A DNA stretch of 63,442 nucleotides, the filler included, from Reticulomyxa filosa (taxonomy: Eukaryota; Protista; Foraminifera): assembly GCA_000512085.1 (NCBI GenBank). It is 18 parts of 18 records of this genome, joined end to end, with 100 filler letters (N's around TTAATTAATTAA, not from the genome) between each part and the next. Parts side by side here need not be neighbours in the genome. Positions count along the whole stretch, not along the records: positions 38,017 to 40,094 come from ASPP01000841.1; positions 40,195 to 42,813 come from ASPP01050266.1; positions 42,914 to 43,913 come from ASPP01050475.1; positions 44,014 to 47,833 come from ASPP01038990.1; positions 47,934 to 49,948 come from ASPP01023204.1; positions 50,049 to 51,869 come from ASPP01019035.1; 12 more parts are not named here. The stretch is one strand, 5' to 3'. Within the stretch, counting starts at the first letter, position 1; each line of letters opens with the position of its first letter. Positions 39,108-51,511 of this stretch are shown in pieces. The notes under the pieces are model-generated. The model had not been told where the DNA came from and did no database searches. It saw only the letters and a program-made list of their open reading frames with translations. A program made the translations under genes and the position numbers.

Positions 39108-39773
39108 ATGTTATATTCAATATTGTTCGCTGTATGGTGTTTGAATAATGTGGTAGCATTGGATCTTCCAAGTTTATTTGAAGGTTCATGGATACTGCAG
39201 GAATGTCTAGTAGAGTACGAAGTCGACAAGGATTCGTTTGATCAAATGTGCGACAGTTCGATAGTGCATCAGTGGGTATTGGAAAAGGACGCGAATGGGG
39301 ATCAACGAAATTTGTTAGGCAAATGGTATCAAAATGAAACATCAATGAATACGACAGTGGACGAACAGTATATGAAAGTAGAATGGAAAACCAATTTGAA
39401 TGGAGAAATAAGTCTTGGGCCATCGATGTATGATTTACAAGTAGTGCTATCATTTGATTTGATCGAAATGACGAATGGATATTTCACGGCTTTTGGACGT
39501 TGGTCTGAAAATTCAAAAAAACCAGAAGGACAAACATATCAATTGATCATAAGCGAAATTCCAAACGGGGTCAGCTTGTCTTTGAGCGTCTTCAATGCCG
39601 AACGAAACAAGATTGCCATTTGGAGTGGAAAAAATCAAAAAATCGTTGAAAAAAGTTTCCTTGGTAAATATGGTGTTACCATCATGCTTACTGCTTTGCT
39701 TATCTTCAATATGTGGGCGCGTAATATGTCTGGTTCGCAAGAGACAGCACCACCTCCCAAGGAAAAGAAATAA
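39108..39773 (+). CDS. Intronless type-I membrane protein (signal peptide plus C-terminal TM)
   Basis: 221-aa ORF with a hydrophobic N-terminus and EKSFLGKYG followed by a TM helix (loosely like the EMC10 C-terminus). Confidence 0.7.
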   Translation: MLYSILFAVWCLNNVVALDLPSLFEGSWILQECLVEYEVDKDSFDQMCDSSIVHQWVLEKDANGDQRNLLGKWYQNETSMNTTVDEQYMKVEWKTNLNGEISLGPSMYDLQVVLSFDLIEMTNGYFTAFGRWSENSKKPEGQTYQLIISEIPNGVSLSLSVFNAERNKIAIWSGKNQKIVEKSFLGKYGVTIMLTALLIFNMWARNMSGSQETAPPPKEKK

Positions 39774-40194
39774 TTTTTTTTTTTTTTTTTTTTTGAATAA
39801 CCAAAAAATACAACGTTTTTGATGGATCGATGTTCTTTAGCTCATATCGATGCAGAACTTTTTTAAAATCTCCTTTTCTGTCCAAAGTTCAGATACTACA
39901 TAAATGCCTGATCCTAGATTCTCTTAGCATTTGACTGGCATTGCATTTTGGTTTTTTTTTTTTTTTTTTACATTGTTGAATTAAAATGAGTTGGTTTGAT
40001 GGGGTTTTATTAGTTTTCCCTTCAAACGAGCAAAAATATTTTTTCTTAATGCTGGTACCTCCTTTCTCTATAATTTGTGCATTAACTTCATTTANNNNNN
40101 NNNNNNNNNNNNNNNNNNNNNNNNNNNNNNNNNNNNNNTTAATTAATTAANNNNNNNNNNNNNNNNNNNNNNNNNNNNNNNNNNNNNNNNNNNN

Positions 40195-40230
<36 letters not shown>

Positions 40231-40706
40231 ACTTTACCAGATGAGAACGTTTCCGGAAAAGTATTCGAATTGACTCTAAGAAGAATAAATAGGCTGTCCA
40301 AGCACAACTTACTATTGAAAAGTATACACTTGCACGCAACGCCAATACCAAATTTTTATTAAATGCTACATTTTTTTTTTTTGTTTGTTTTGAAAAAAAA
40401 AAAAAAAAATGAAAAGTGTGGAATGCATTGCAAGGGAGAAGAAGGAAGGAGAAAACAAATATAGTTTGTTTTCCCGACAAAACGATGACGATAATGGGCT
40501 GTCAAAAGCCATTGATTGATAGTTACAAAGAAGCTGTACAACACGTTGAACAGTCGATTGTTTGTTTGGGGTTGCTCGGTCACGTCTGACACGCATACTT
40601 GCTGCATATGCAACAAAAACACCACTGAAAGTATTGATGCGCCACTAAAATAAATCCCAGGAGATACATCTGGATCTATCATGCCAGAATGCAAGTCGCT
40701 TGCCAT
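40195..40706 (-). CDS. N-terminus of a hypothetical multi-pass membrane protein (spliced, truncated)
   Basis: ATG-initiated exon with hydrophobic segments, a T/A-tract intron and a second hydrophobic exon. Confidence 0.45.
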
Positions 40707-42770
40707 TCTTCTTTTCCTCCTTCTGTTGTCAGCTTCGTCCCCTTTTAACGTGTCACAAGAAGAAACGTTCGTTTTGTCACACGCTTTTGAAAACGCTTTA
40801 GTTGGTATGTTTTATTGTGCACATGTTCAGCTGCAAGGAAAACGTCAAAAGATTAATGTAATTTTTTTTTAGAAAAAAAAGTGTTTCATAAGTGCTTTTA
40901 AATAAAATTACATTTTTGTTTATTCAATTATGAATTTTTTAGAGCTATTGCTATTTATTGAATTTGTATGGAGTCCACAATCATTCAAGTCAACAAAATG
41001 AACAGCACAAACAGTAAAGCAAAAGTATAAATCTTTCGTTAATACTCATTATGTATTACTAGACCAAGCAAGTTAATATATTATGAAAAATGATTGATAC
41101 CTTACTCGAATAAACTTTTTGTGTTGATCAAACAATCGATAAAACGACGAAACATTAACTAGAATGCATCTGGTTTTAATTATGTGACAAGCTTTATATT
41201 TCAAGATTTTTGAAATGCTGATTTATATGATTGAACAGCGCAAGCATTTTAGATCATTCAAAAAATCGTTGCTAAAATTTAAGCAAAAACGTGCAAAAAT
41301 TTATAATAACGTTTTTAATTTTTTCGAAAACGCTGATAATGGAAACGAAGTTTCCAAAAACGTTTTTGAAAAAGAAATTATTTGTCGTCAAATGTAATTT
41401 TGCATAGGAAAAATATATGACTGTCACATGTAACGTATGACAACGTTTCTAAAAAATATTTTCATAAAGAGCCAAATGAACTGTTGGTTTCCCCCAGCTG
41501 AAAAATTTGACAATAAATAATGTAAAAACAGCACTAGACTTATTATTGAACAGTCTTAGCTTCAAATGAAAAAACGAAAAATTTAAAATAAACTTGTCAA
41601 TTTCATCAAAATTTATTTAAATTTTTAATTTAAATTTTATTTATAAAATGTTGCACTGTTCTCACACTTTTTATTTCAAAATGTTGATATTTTTTATCCT
41701 TAAAAACACTAATTTCATGTGCTATTCAGTTTTTTTCTTGTACAACCACATAAATAAAAAAAATTTAATAATAACACGCTCAATTAAAAAAAAGTTAAAA
41801 GTTTCTAACGGAATAAATCACGATTTGTAGATTTTTAAACAAAAACGAAAGCTTTTCATCAATATTGTCTTTTCATCGAGAAATCAAAACTCTGCAGAAG
41901 ACGACAATTTTATTTTCGGCACACGAGAGGGAGCTCGCTGCAAAAGACTTTTGAGGGAAGAGAAAATTATAATTTTTTTTTTGAAAATCGATTCATTTAC
42001 ATTCATTTAACCCGACACAAGTAAATCCAAACTAAAGACTTTGGTTCTAAATTCGCTTTGTTCAAAAAATACGAATGACAAGCAAGAGTACAGCAGTAGT
42101 GCGGTCAGAAAAAGCGTCGACCGTGAGTAAGTCTTTGACAACAACAGGAGGAGGAAACACACGATACCAGGCGACAGATTACAGAGATGCAATAGAATAT
42201 TATTCACAAGCCAGTTTTTATTGATTTATTTGTTTGTTTGTGTATTTGTGTGTATGGTGATGCACATGTGCACATATTTGTATACGTGTGTACGAAGAAA
42301 AGGGAGAAAAATTGTTAATCTTGTGTAATATGTATTATGTGCATGTACATACACATATATGTATATATATATGTATATATGCATATGTATGTGTCGCTGG
42401 ATGGGTCTTTCTAATGGGTTTATAAATGGCAATGATTCGTATAAATGTATATTATACATATATACATATATACATATATATATACATATATATATATATG
42501 TATATATCCGTTCTCGAAATGAAGACTTGCACGACCAAATCCCTGGTAGGTAATTTTTCCATTTGAAAAGCAGTTTGAATCTTTTGTTTGTGTTTCGCCA
42601 ACGAAGCAACGCAAACACGGCACGACAAACATAACATAAACAAGAGTATTACACAAATCGAGCCGCGGCGTATATGATATTGCATCAATACGAAAAAGCA
42701 TTGAAAGATTGTCATTGCGCTTTGAATTTGGACACACAATTCCGAAAAGTTAATTTAATCTTGCAAATGA

Positions 42771-42813
<43 letters not shown>

Positions 42814-43416
42814 NNNNNNNNNNNNNNNNNNNNNNNNNNNNNNNNNNNNNNNNNNNNTTAATTAATTAANNNNNNNNNNNNNNNNNNNNNNNNNNNNNNN
42901 NNNNNNNNNNNNNCATCCCAATAAACGGCTGTTTTACTGATACACCAAAGTCTAGATACAATACAATAATGGATTTATGTGACTTTTCTGTGTTTTTTTC
43001 TTTTCTTCTGCTTTTGCTTTTGCTTTTGGAAAACAAAGCCAAACAAATTGATTTTAGATCGATCAAGTCACAACAACACACTGAAAAAGATACAGATTAT
43101 AGTTCATTTTTTTTATGAATTCAATTGGGGGAAAAAGAAAAGGGCCTACATTATATTTTTTTTTCTCATAGAATTTTTTTATACCAAAAAAAATCAGTCT
43201 GCAAAAGAATCAAACCATCAATTGTAAACAGTAAATTGAAACAAAAACTGTGCATTGATATCTTCAAAAGCAGTTGAAAGTCTTCGATGAAAATTAATAC
43301 TAAAAAATATTTTTAATTACTTACGATCGGTTTTAGGGGACGTTTTTTTGCCAACGTTCCTTTCCAAGAAAAAGGAGGAAAAGATAATTTCATTTAAATA
43401 ATCACTTAAAAGAGAA

Positions 43417-43913
43417 ATGTCTTCAGTTGAAGCTTTGGTGACAATTGGAGCAAGAGAAGATAAAATTAGCTTGATCTGTTCAACTCTTGAAACGTTGAAA
43501 AGACAAATAATCGAAACGAGTAAAGAGACCGAACAAGGAAAGGAATTGACAAAAATAACTGACTGTAATGGTTCTGAGATTGAGACAGATCAACACTTTC
43601 AAAACGTCGTTCAACGCCTTCATCCACTCCATTTATATGCATATTTCCAGCCAAGTATTTCTTTATTTTCTATCGATTGCATCAGTTAAGTTAAGTAAGC
43701 AGATAAACAGACAACATCACAAAAAAAAGAAAGGCAATCCTATCAAGTGAAATGCCCATTAGTATTATTAGCCGGAGCAATGAAATACGAACAACGGCCA
43801 TACTTAGAATGTATAAAACAAGACTTGGATTTATTCCAAAACTTATTCGAAAACAAATTTGGTTACCGATTGTTCAGCACTTATAATTCGCAACATCCAA
43901 ATACTGAATCACT
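43417..43913 (+). CDS. PB1-like domain plus caspase-like (peptidase C14-type) domain start (truncated)
   Basis: Beta-grasp-like N-terminus with acidic ITDCNGSEIETD, then PLVLLAGAMKYEQRPYLECIKQDLDLFQNLFENKFGY, resembling strand 1/helix 1 of caspase-hemoglobinase folds. Confidence 0.55.
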
Positions 43914-44155
43914 NNNNNNNNNNNNNNNNNNNNNNNNNNNNNNNNNNNNNNNNNNNNTTAATTAATTAANNNNNNNNNNNNNNNNNNNNNNNNNNNNNNN
44001 NNNNNNNNNNNNNGATAGTTCAAAATACAATCCTAATTTTTTTTATCTTTGAATTGAAGAAACCTTAAAGAGGGAGGCAACATCCCGATTTCTGACAAGC
44101 AAACACACAATAACAATAAACTACAATTTGGAGCCAGTAGTTTGACTAATTTTTC

Positions 44156-46105
44156 TCACATCAGTTGTTGAATCGGAGCAATAACACATTGTTTGCTTGG
44201 TGATGAGCAAGTAAATGCTAGAATACCCTTAACTATACATTTGTAGCAAAAAGAACTCAAGTTTATACAATAAGCACAAATCAACACTCACTTATATTTT
44301 ACCTTTTGCAACTGTTAGACAAGCCATGCAAAAATAATAACAGCAACCCTTGCACTTTATGAACTTACATCCAGACTCGTGTTCCGCAAACTATTTCAAT
44401 TTATAACACAATTCTGTTTACATAGTCCAAAAAGAGTGGCATCTTACGTATGTCTTCTTAATAAAGCACGGGAGGGACAGCAATAAAAAAAAAAAAAAAG
44501 GAAATACCATAAGACAACGCGGACAGGCTCTAATGTTCGGAATTTGTACGTTCGGGCTATAGGATGTTTCTTTTAGTTTACAACTATCTAAAATAACTTG
44601 AATTTCCAACACAGGACAATTTGGATTTCCGCAAATTTGTAACCCGCTGCTTTTCCAAAGGTGTTCACAGGCCCAACAAAAATTTGCACCACATGACGAG
44701 CAAGCCGCCCTACATACCACAGCATACAACACACTAGTAGTATATAATATCAAGAAAATTGAATAAACAAAAATAAATGACTTCTTTTTTTTTTTTTTTT
44801 TTTTGACCTGAAAATGTTGAGAGACTCACTTGGCTCTCCCAAGCATTTGCAAGTAGGACACTTTTTGATTCCATTTCTTTTCATTGATCGATCTGCAATT
44901 ATCTGCTGATACCTTAAATTTTCAGAGAGGCTCAAATCGGCTACCTCGGCAACTAGATCCCAATTCCATTCTCTTGCACATTTGGGATCAGGGCAACAAA
45001 TACTGGTTGTGGTCAAATCCTTGCCCAATCTCCATTTGATGTATTCGTACATTGTATGTGCTCCTATTGCGTGTCCACAAGGCATTTGAGCCCGTGGGAT
45101 GAACATGTCGTCATCGAGGGTTATGACATCTGGTTTAGTTGACAGTTTGATTTGTGGATACTTTTTTGGATTAAGCTGACGAATTCTCTGCTCGTCTTCT
45201 TTTTCAATGTTCTCTTTTGCAATATCTTCTTTTGCAAAATCCTCTTTTGGAATTTTTTTTTCTGCAATGTATTCGTTTCTTACATATTTTGTTTCTATAT
45301 CTTCTTTTTTGGTGTCATCTTCAACCCACAAAACACCGAGTTACCTCAAAATCCAGCACAAAAAAAAAAAATACAAACACAAACGAGAAAAAGTACTGCC
45401 TCCACCGTTCGTCTTCATTGTGCAATAAAACGTTGTAGATTTAATAATGTTGTACTGTCCCAAAGTTTTCTATAATTCATTCCACATTTATCAACACACT
45501 CGAAACAAAAAACTTAGACAAGTAAGCCAAAAAAAAAGGAAAATACGTAACGTTGGGTTCTGTCAAAGGCTTTCCGCCTCCTAGCAATGTATACGTATGA
45601 TTCTCCAAACCCAACACATCGTTTATTGTGTTCCTTATTTGTTTCACAGTCATTGTTTTTTTGACCTTTATTCGTTTGCTTATTCTGCCATTTGCCACGC
45701 TGCATACAAACTCATCGTTAGTTGGTGGAATGGGACAATTTCGATAATTTTGTTCTAAGTTATTTTGTACGCGTGATGAGTATTTCTCACAATAAGCATT
45801 GAAGATCTGAGCGGCCGCAACTTTGGGAATCTCAAGGTCTTCTAGATCTTTTTTAACCGTTATGGAGCTGACAAATGTCCTGCCATCGACTTTATTTTTC
45901 TTTAGTGCGTCCATCACTTTCTCTTGAAACGTTTCTGCAACTTGAGTCTTTGCCCAAGCTTTTTTTTTTTTGAGCTTCAAGGATGGAGTGTTTCACAAAA
46001 AAATAATGGAGAGTTAATAATACCAACAACTTCTTCAACTGTCCACTGTTCCATGGCACTTTCGGAAAATAATTGAACAACTTCTTCAACTGTCCACTGT
46101 TCCAT
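44156..46105 (-). CDS. SAM - ubiquitin-like - RBR (RING-IBR-RING) E3 ligase (spliced)
   Basis: SAM: EQWTVEEVVAWAKT...NKVDGRTF. Ubl: GKPLTEPN|KTLGQYNIIKSTTFYCTMKTNGG. RING1: PCGH...CCPDPKC. IBR: CPTC...CSSCGANFCWAC. RING2: ACPRC..EHESGCKFIKCKGCCYYFCMAC. TGA at 44156. The Ubl-linker junction near 45340 is not cleanly resolved. Confidence 0.88.
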
Positions 46106-46132
46106 GGCACTTTTGGAAAATAATTGAACAAC
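46025..46132. repeat. 51-bp tandem duplication (2.1 copies) spanning the RBR start codon
   Basis: Units start at 46025 and 46076 and differ at one base. Confidence 0.95.
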
Positions 46133-46876
46133 GTTTAGAATAAAAAAACGACAGCAAAACTGGAACAAACAAACTTTTTTTTTTTACTGAGATTCCCTCT
46201 TGCACCCTACTGCGTTTAAGACTGTAATATTTTTAAAATCTTTTTTTAAGCAATTTAATGCAAAGCAACGCAAGTCGACAGTATTTCGAGAGTGTAGATG
46301 CAATTTTTTATCAGTCACAAAAAACCTACAAAGGCTAACTGAAGAGGTATGTTAAGAGGTATGTTAATGGCATGTCATTTATTAGTATGTTAGCACTTAG
46401 CATGACGATATTGCAAACAAAGAAGGACAAGGTACTTATGAAAAAGAATTTTTTGACGAGGGAGTTTCCACTCTGTTGTGGTTGTGTTTGGTCGTCAATT
46501 GTTTTTATTGCAGTCTATATGTTGCTTAAGGAAATGAACACGCCAAAGTATGGTGCAACGAACATAGCAGGTGTAATTCTTTTTGAGTTTATTTATGTGT
46601 TATCTACGAGTGCTTTTTGTACTTACTTTCGAATTGTATTCCTCTATACTGGAAATGGCACTTACTCCTTTAAAAAAAATCAGACTTGCCTTGCGATGTA
46701 ACAAATTCAAACCAAGCTGTACAAATATGTAATCAGTCATATAATGGGAGTGCGGCATATGGTGAACAGAGTAAAAATACAACAAGTGTGTAATGCTTTT
46801 TTTAAAAATAAACAGTACATAAGAATTGAAATATGTGATATTATCTGATATCTAAAAAAAAAAAGACGTATCTGAT

Positions 46877-47833
46877 ATGTCGCAGTCAGATGACGAATAT
46901 CACAAGGAACATCAATTTTGCACTAATTTTTGCAATGTCGCTGTTGAGGAATGGGGACGAAAAGAAATAAGTGGTTTGTAAAAAAAGGCTTATTTTTTAT
47001 TGTACCAGTTGGACGGAAACAAAAAAATTTTTTTTTACAGAGTGGGGAAAAACGCTGACACCAATAGCTCAGAAAGAGATAGAGCGTTGGTTGCAAAATG
47101 AAAATTTCATGTTTAGTGGCAAAACAATATTGCAATGGGATACCAGTACTTGGCAATTTAAAGTGAAAAATGGAGTTGCTCGGACTCAAATCCGGGAGGG
47201 TTGGGAAGAACTTAAAAAAAAGCAACACAAGGCCAAATGCAGCCATAAAAAAGATGAAGCTGCGATCATGAGCGAGCATGGACAACATCTTACTCAAGGA
47301 CAATCCTGTAAGTATACGTATTTTTTTTTTTTATAATTCTAGAAATAGGTACTTTGTGTCCGTATAATTAGTTTTTTGAAAAAATGCAATCACAATAGCA
47401 ATGGAAATGGAGGGATTAAAAAAAGGACGTAAATGTTACAATGAAGCATCCAATCCTTTGCAAAATTTAGATCTATTTCGGGGAATAGTCGGCTTCAAAA
47501 ATTTGGGTAACACATGCTATTTGAACGCTGCTATTCAAGTTATCTTGTCTGCATCTCAAACACACCTTTGAATAAATTTTTTTTTTTTTTCTATCCTCCA
47601 ACTTTTCCCTCTTGAATTCCAAAAGTGTTTACTGCAAGTACGACCACTAATGAAAATGGAATGGAGTTCACAACCTGAAGAGAACACCTTTGGCAAAGAG
47701 TGGATACAGTTGATGAATGAAGTGCATAAAGAAAATTATATTGGAAAGCGCACTCTCAGCGTTCAATGCTTGCGACCATTTCTTGGAGCCATCGACTCAA
47801 GGTTATTCCTTTTTTTTTTTTTTTTTTTTTTTT
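46877..47833 (+). CDS. SAM-like domain plus ubiquitin-specific protease (USP/C19), 3'-truncated, spliced
   Basis: Cys box GIVGFKNLGNTCYLNAAIQ|CL at about 47480-47630. N-terminal VEEWGRKEISEWGKTL...FSGKTILQW...GVARTQI fits the SAM pattern (intron about 46974..47040). Confidence 0.85.
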
Positions 47834-48824
47834 NNNNNNNNNNNNNNNNNNNNNNNNNNNNNNNNNNNNNNNNNNNNTTAATTAATTAANNNNNNNNNNN
47901 NNNNNNNNNNNNNNNNNNNNNNNNNNNNNNNNNACAAGGGCGACGATAGCGAATGAATTTGGTATTTAGAAAATATCTATTGTATGGCCGCATTGGAACA
48001 TTGGAAAAAAAAATTCTCCCATTTCAATCACCGACGATCTGGATGTTTGCGCTGTCCGAATACAAAAGGCAAGTTTGTCAACAAGAAAGAAAAAAAAACG
48101 CGTGATAATATCGCGCAAAATGGAAACGATACCGATATTGCCGTATCTCAACAGTAGCAGTGACTGGGTTGGTAGAAGAAATGGAAGACAAACAAGAAGA
48201 GAACGCAGAAGTTTGTAAAAAATAAATAATCACACTGGCAGTCAAGTGAGCCGCTATCAAATGAACCTCTCCTTCTGATATCGTGGCTCAGTTTGGTGGG
48301 ATGAATCTTGCGAAACTCCAGGCCAATATCACCAGCAAACAAGGATAGTAAGATATGAGGGGATGACTACGATGAATAGAAAGAAGATTTCAAGGATACC
48401 GCATTGGATTTGTTTTAAAAGAAAAAAAACAGTCCGTCTACTTACTTTAGTTATTAAATGGCTCTTCACAATCGCAAGTGGCGGCTTTGCGCACTCTTAT
48501 GTAATTTTACATGGCGCCCCCCCCCTCCCCCCCCAATGGAAGCTTCTTGCCTGGTGTGCTCCAGTGATATTTATGATTGCAACGAGGAAACACAGTCAAT
48601 GTCCTCTTTTACTAATTTGTGAATTGTTCCAACACATAGGACTGGTATTGCGCGCGTCAGTATTTGGGTACCATGCTGTATTCTACGATTTGATTTGCAG
48701 TGTGAGGAAGAACTAATGCTGTTGCGCATTTGTTATAAAAAATAACAACGTCGTGTCAGTCGATGATTGTGTCGATGATTCAAAATTCACTCCATTCTTT
48801 ATCAAATCAATAAAAAAGTTTGGG

Positions 48825-49797
48825 TATTGGCAGTGTGTTGGTGGCGCTGGGCCCTGCTGGATGGATGCGTGGACAACATTTATATCAGCAGTCGAACCAC
48901 CTCTTCCACTCTCTCATCTCAAAAACGTAGTTGCTGTGGATAGCACGAGTTGTTCGGTTACCAAAAGCCGAATCACTCAGATTCGAAAAGTGGAGGTTGT
49001 ACCATTGACAGAATCACCACTCAAAAAATGATAGCTCTAGGGGACGAGCTTTTCAATTATATCAATTTCCTCCAAGTCCGTCAGCCGTCCTAAAATAACG
49101 GAATAATTGACGAGAACAGTAGTCATTGAAATAGAAGCGCGCATTCGCAAGACCTAGTTGCTGTTATTTGGTTGATCGTTTGTGCGCCTGTCCCTTTCCA
49201 GTTACCTGACGATATAATCGTGCTTCGGTCCATTGCTTGAAAAAGTTTTATATATATACATTTTTTTTTTATATATGTACATATTCAATAACAACAGCAA
49301 CACGACATCTTTATACGTATATGATAATTTTTTTTTATATGTATGTGATGATATGTGTTGCTTGAAATTTTTGATTAGACATTTAAAGAAATGCAAATGG
49401 ACACATTTTGCTATTTACATTGTATATTGGCAATGTGTTGATGACGCTGGGCTCTGCTGAGTAGATACGTGAACATATTTAATGTTAGCAGTGGAGCCCT
49501 CCTTTTTACATGGTCTTGGTTGGTCATTTATGTGCACCTATTCCAAGTTCCTGTTACCTGTCGTTATAATCGTGTTTTGGGTCCATTGTTCGAAAAAGTT
49601 TTTTATATGTACTTTTTTTTTTATATATGTACATATTCAATACTATTAGCAACACAATATTTTTATACGTATATTGATTATTTACTTGTATGTATGTGAT
49701 ATGTGTTGCTTGAAATATTTTAACAGATATTCCAAGGTATATCAACAAAGTTTTGGAATGCGGATGGACACGTTTTTGCTGTATATATTGTCATTGG
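48825..49797. repeat. Diverged tandem segmental duplication (about 350-bp period)
   Basis: 49201-49430 aligns by eye with 49553-49797, and 48825-48899 with 49424-49498. Confidence 0.8.
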
Positions 49798-50110
49798 TGC
49801 TGCAGCGAGTTTCCAGCGTAATGACAACAGTAACAGCAACGGCAGCAGTAGAAATATCGATTGTTGCAATAAATGAAAATAAAACTGGCAACCTCATGAT
49901 CGACTTGTTGCTGCTGAAAACTCAATTTGTCGTCGAGTCATGAAAGTCNNNNNNNNNNNNNNNNNNNNNNNNNNNNNNNNNNNNNNNNNNNNTTAATTAA
50001 TTAANNNNNNNNNNNNNNNNNNNNNNNNNNNNNNNNNNNNNNNNNNNNTCCTTTTTTTTTTTTAATTGTCGTTAATATGATGATATGTTTTATATTGTTG
50101 AATAATTAGA

Positions 50111-50729
50111 CTAATGGAACCACCAAACCAGATTTGACATTAACATCCGTAACCAACTTAACTCATTTTGGATACAAGCTTTTTGCATTGGATGTAAACA
50201 ACGATGGATTTCAGGATCTTGTTATTGGTAATCCAATGTCTTGTCAACAATGGCTAACCGAACAAGAAAAGGATGCGAATGAATTGCAATGTCGACAATG
50301 TGGTAATACGGTGGTGTTCTTAAGTGCAAAGAAATGGTCAAATGTATCGTGGGAACGACAACATCCAATTGTATATGTAAACGAATCTGATGCTATTCTT
50401 ACAAATAATATTGAATTTGAATGGTTTGGTTATCATATTGATATGAATGGGGATAATACCTTATTTATCAGTGCCCCTGGAGCCAGAAATCAACTTTTAA
50501 ATACCACTGGATGCATATATGTTTATGATATTCGTTGTAGTAATAGCAACAATAATTGCACATTTACACTTATTTATAAAATTAATGGTGAACAAAATAT
50601 TGCAAATAGTGATTTTGGATATTTTTTTGCTTTTGGAAATCCCTATGTGGTACAAAACACTGATGCTCATTACAAAGACATTTTAGCGATTGCATCTCCT
50701 AGTGAAACTTTTCATCTTATTAATAGGTG

Positions 50730-50762
<33 letters not shown>

Positions 50763-51343
50763 ATTCTTCTTCAAAATATATATAACAATGCTAACAACAA
50801 ATAATTAGAAGTCACGACATTGATATTAAATCTTTAAATGAAAAAGCTCATGGAGGTGTGGTGAGATTTTTTAATGTCACCAAAATGCTTTCTATGAATG
50901 AAAAATATGCTAATGAATCATTATTGTTGACTTTGGTATGTGATCAAGAATATGCTAGACTTGGTTATTTCACACTATTTAAAGATATCAATGGTGATGC
51001 AATTGATGATATAATCTTGAGTGCTCCCTATTATGTAAATGGTAAATATGATGCAGACAACTATAATATAACATCTGCAAATTTCACTCGAGAAAGTGGA
51101 AGTGTATTTACTTGGTATGGAGGTATGAAAGGTATTTTCCGTAGAGAAGAAAATGATCGTGATAAAGTAGTTTATGATGTTTATAATACTAGTGATTTAA
51201 TGTTTGTTGGAGATATTGATAAATCTTCTAGGCTTGGATTTAAGATTGCTATAAACACAAATAATGTTATGGTGTTTAGTGCTCATCGTGCAACTGTTGA
51301 TGGAAAAGAAATGGCTGGTAAAGTATTTGTTGAACAACTTTAA
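50111..51343 (+). CDS. FG-GAP/integrin-alpha propeller repeats, GPI-phospholipase D (GPLD1)-like C-terminus
   Basis: HFGYKL..LDVNNDGFQDLVIGNP, WFGY..LFISAPG, RLGY..DINGDAIDDIILSAPY, ESGSVF, EMAGKVFV*. One intron at about 50727-50808. Confidence 0.8.
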
Positions 51344-51511
51344 TTCTTCATAAATTGAATATTTGTTTCTTTAAATTTTTGATATAAAAGATTTTTTTTT
51401 TTTGAATTATATAAGTTCTTTCACAAAATAAGTTTTTCAATAAATATTACTCAAGAAATCATTAATTCATTTCGCAAATATAATTATTTTTTATAATAAA
51501 AAAAAATTTAA

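Noticed and set aside
42230-42510. (TA)n/(CA)n tracts and the Tyr/Ile-rich ORFs they generate
   Set aside because: These are intronic microsatellites. The surrounding gene model could not be resolved.
46372-46701. 109-aa hydrophobic ORF and 12-bp direct repeat between the RBR and USP genes
   Set aside because: No motif, and the composition is what T-rich intergenic DNA would give. The repeat is too short to interpret.
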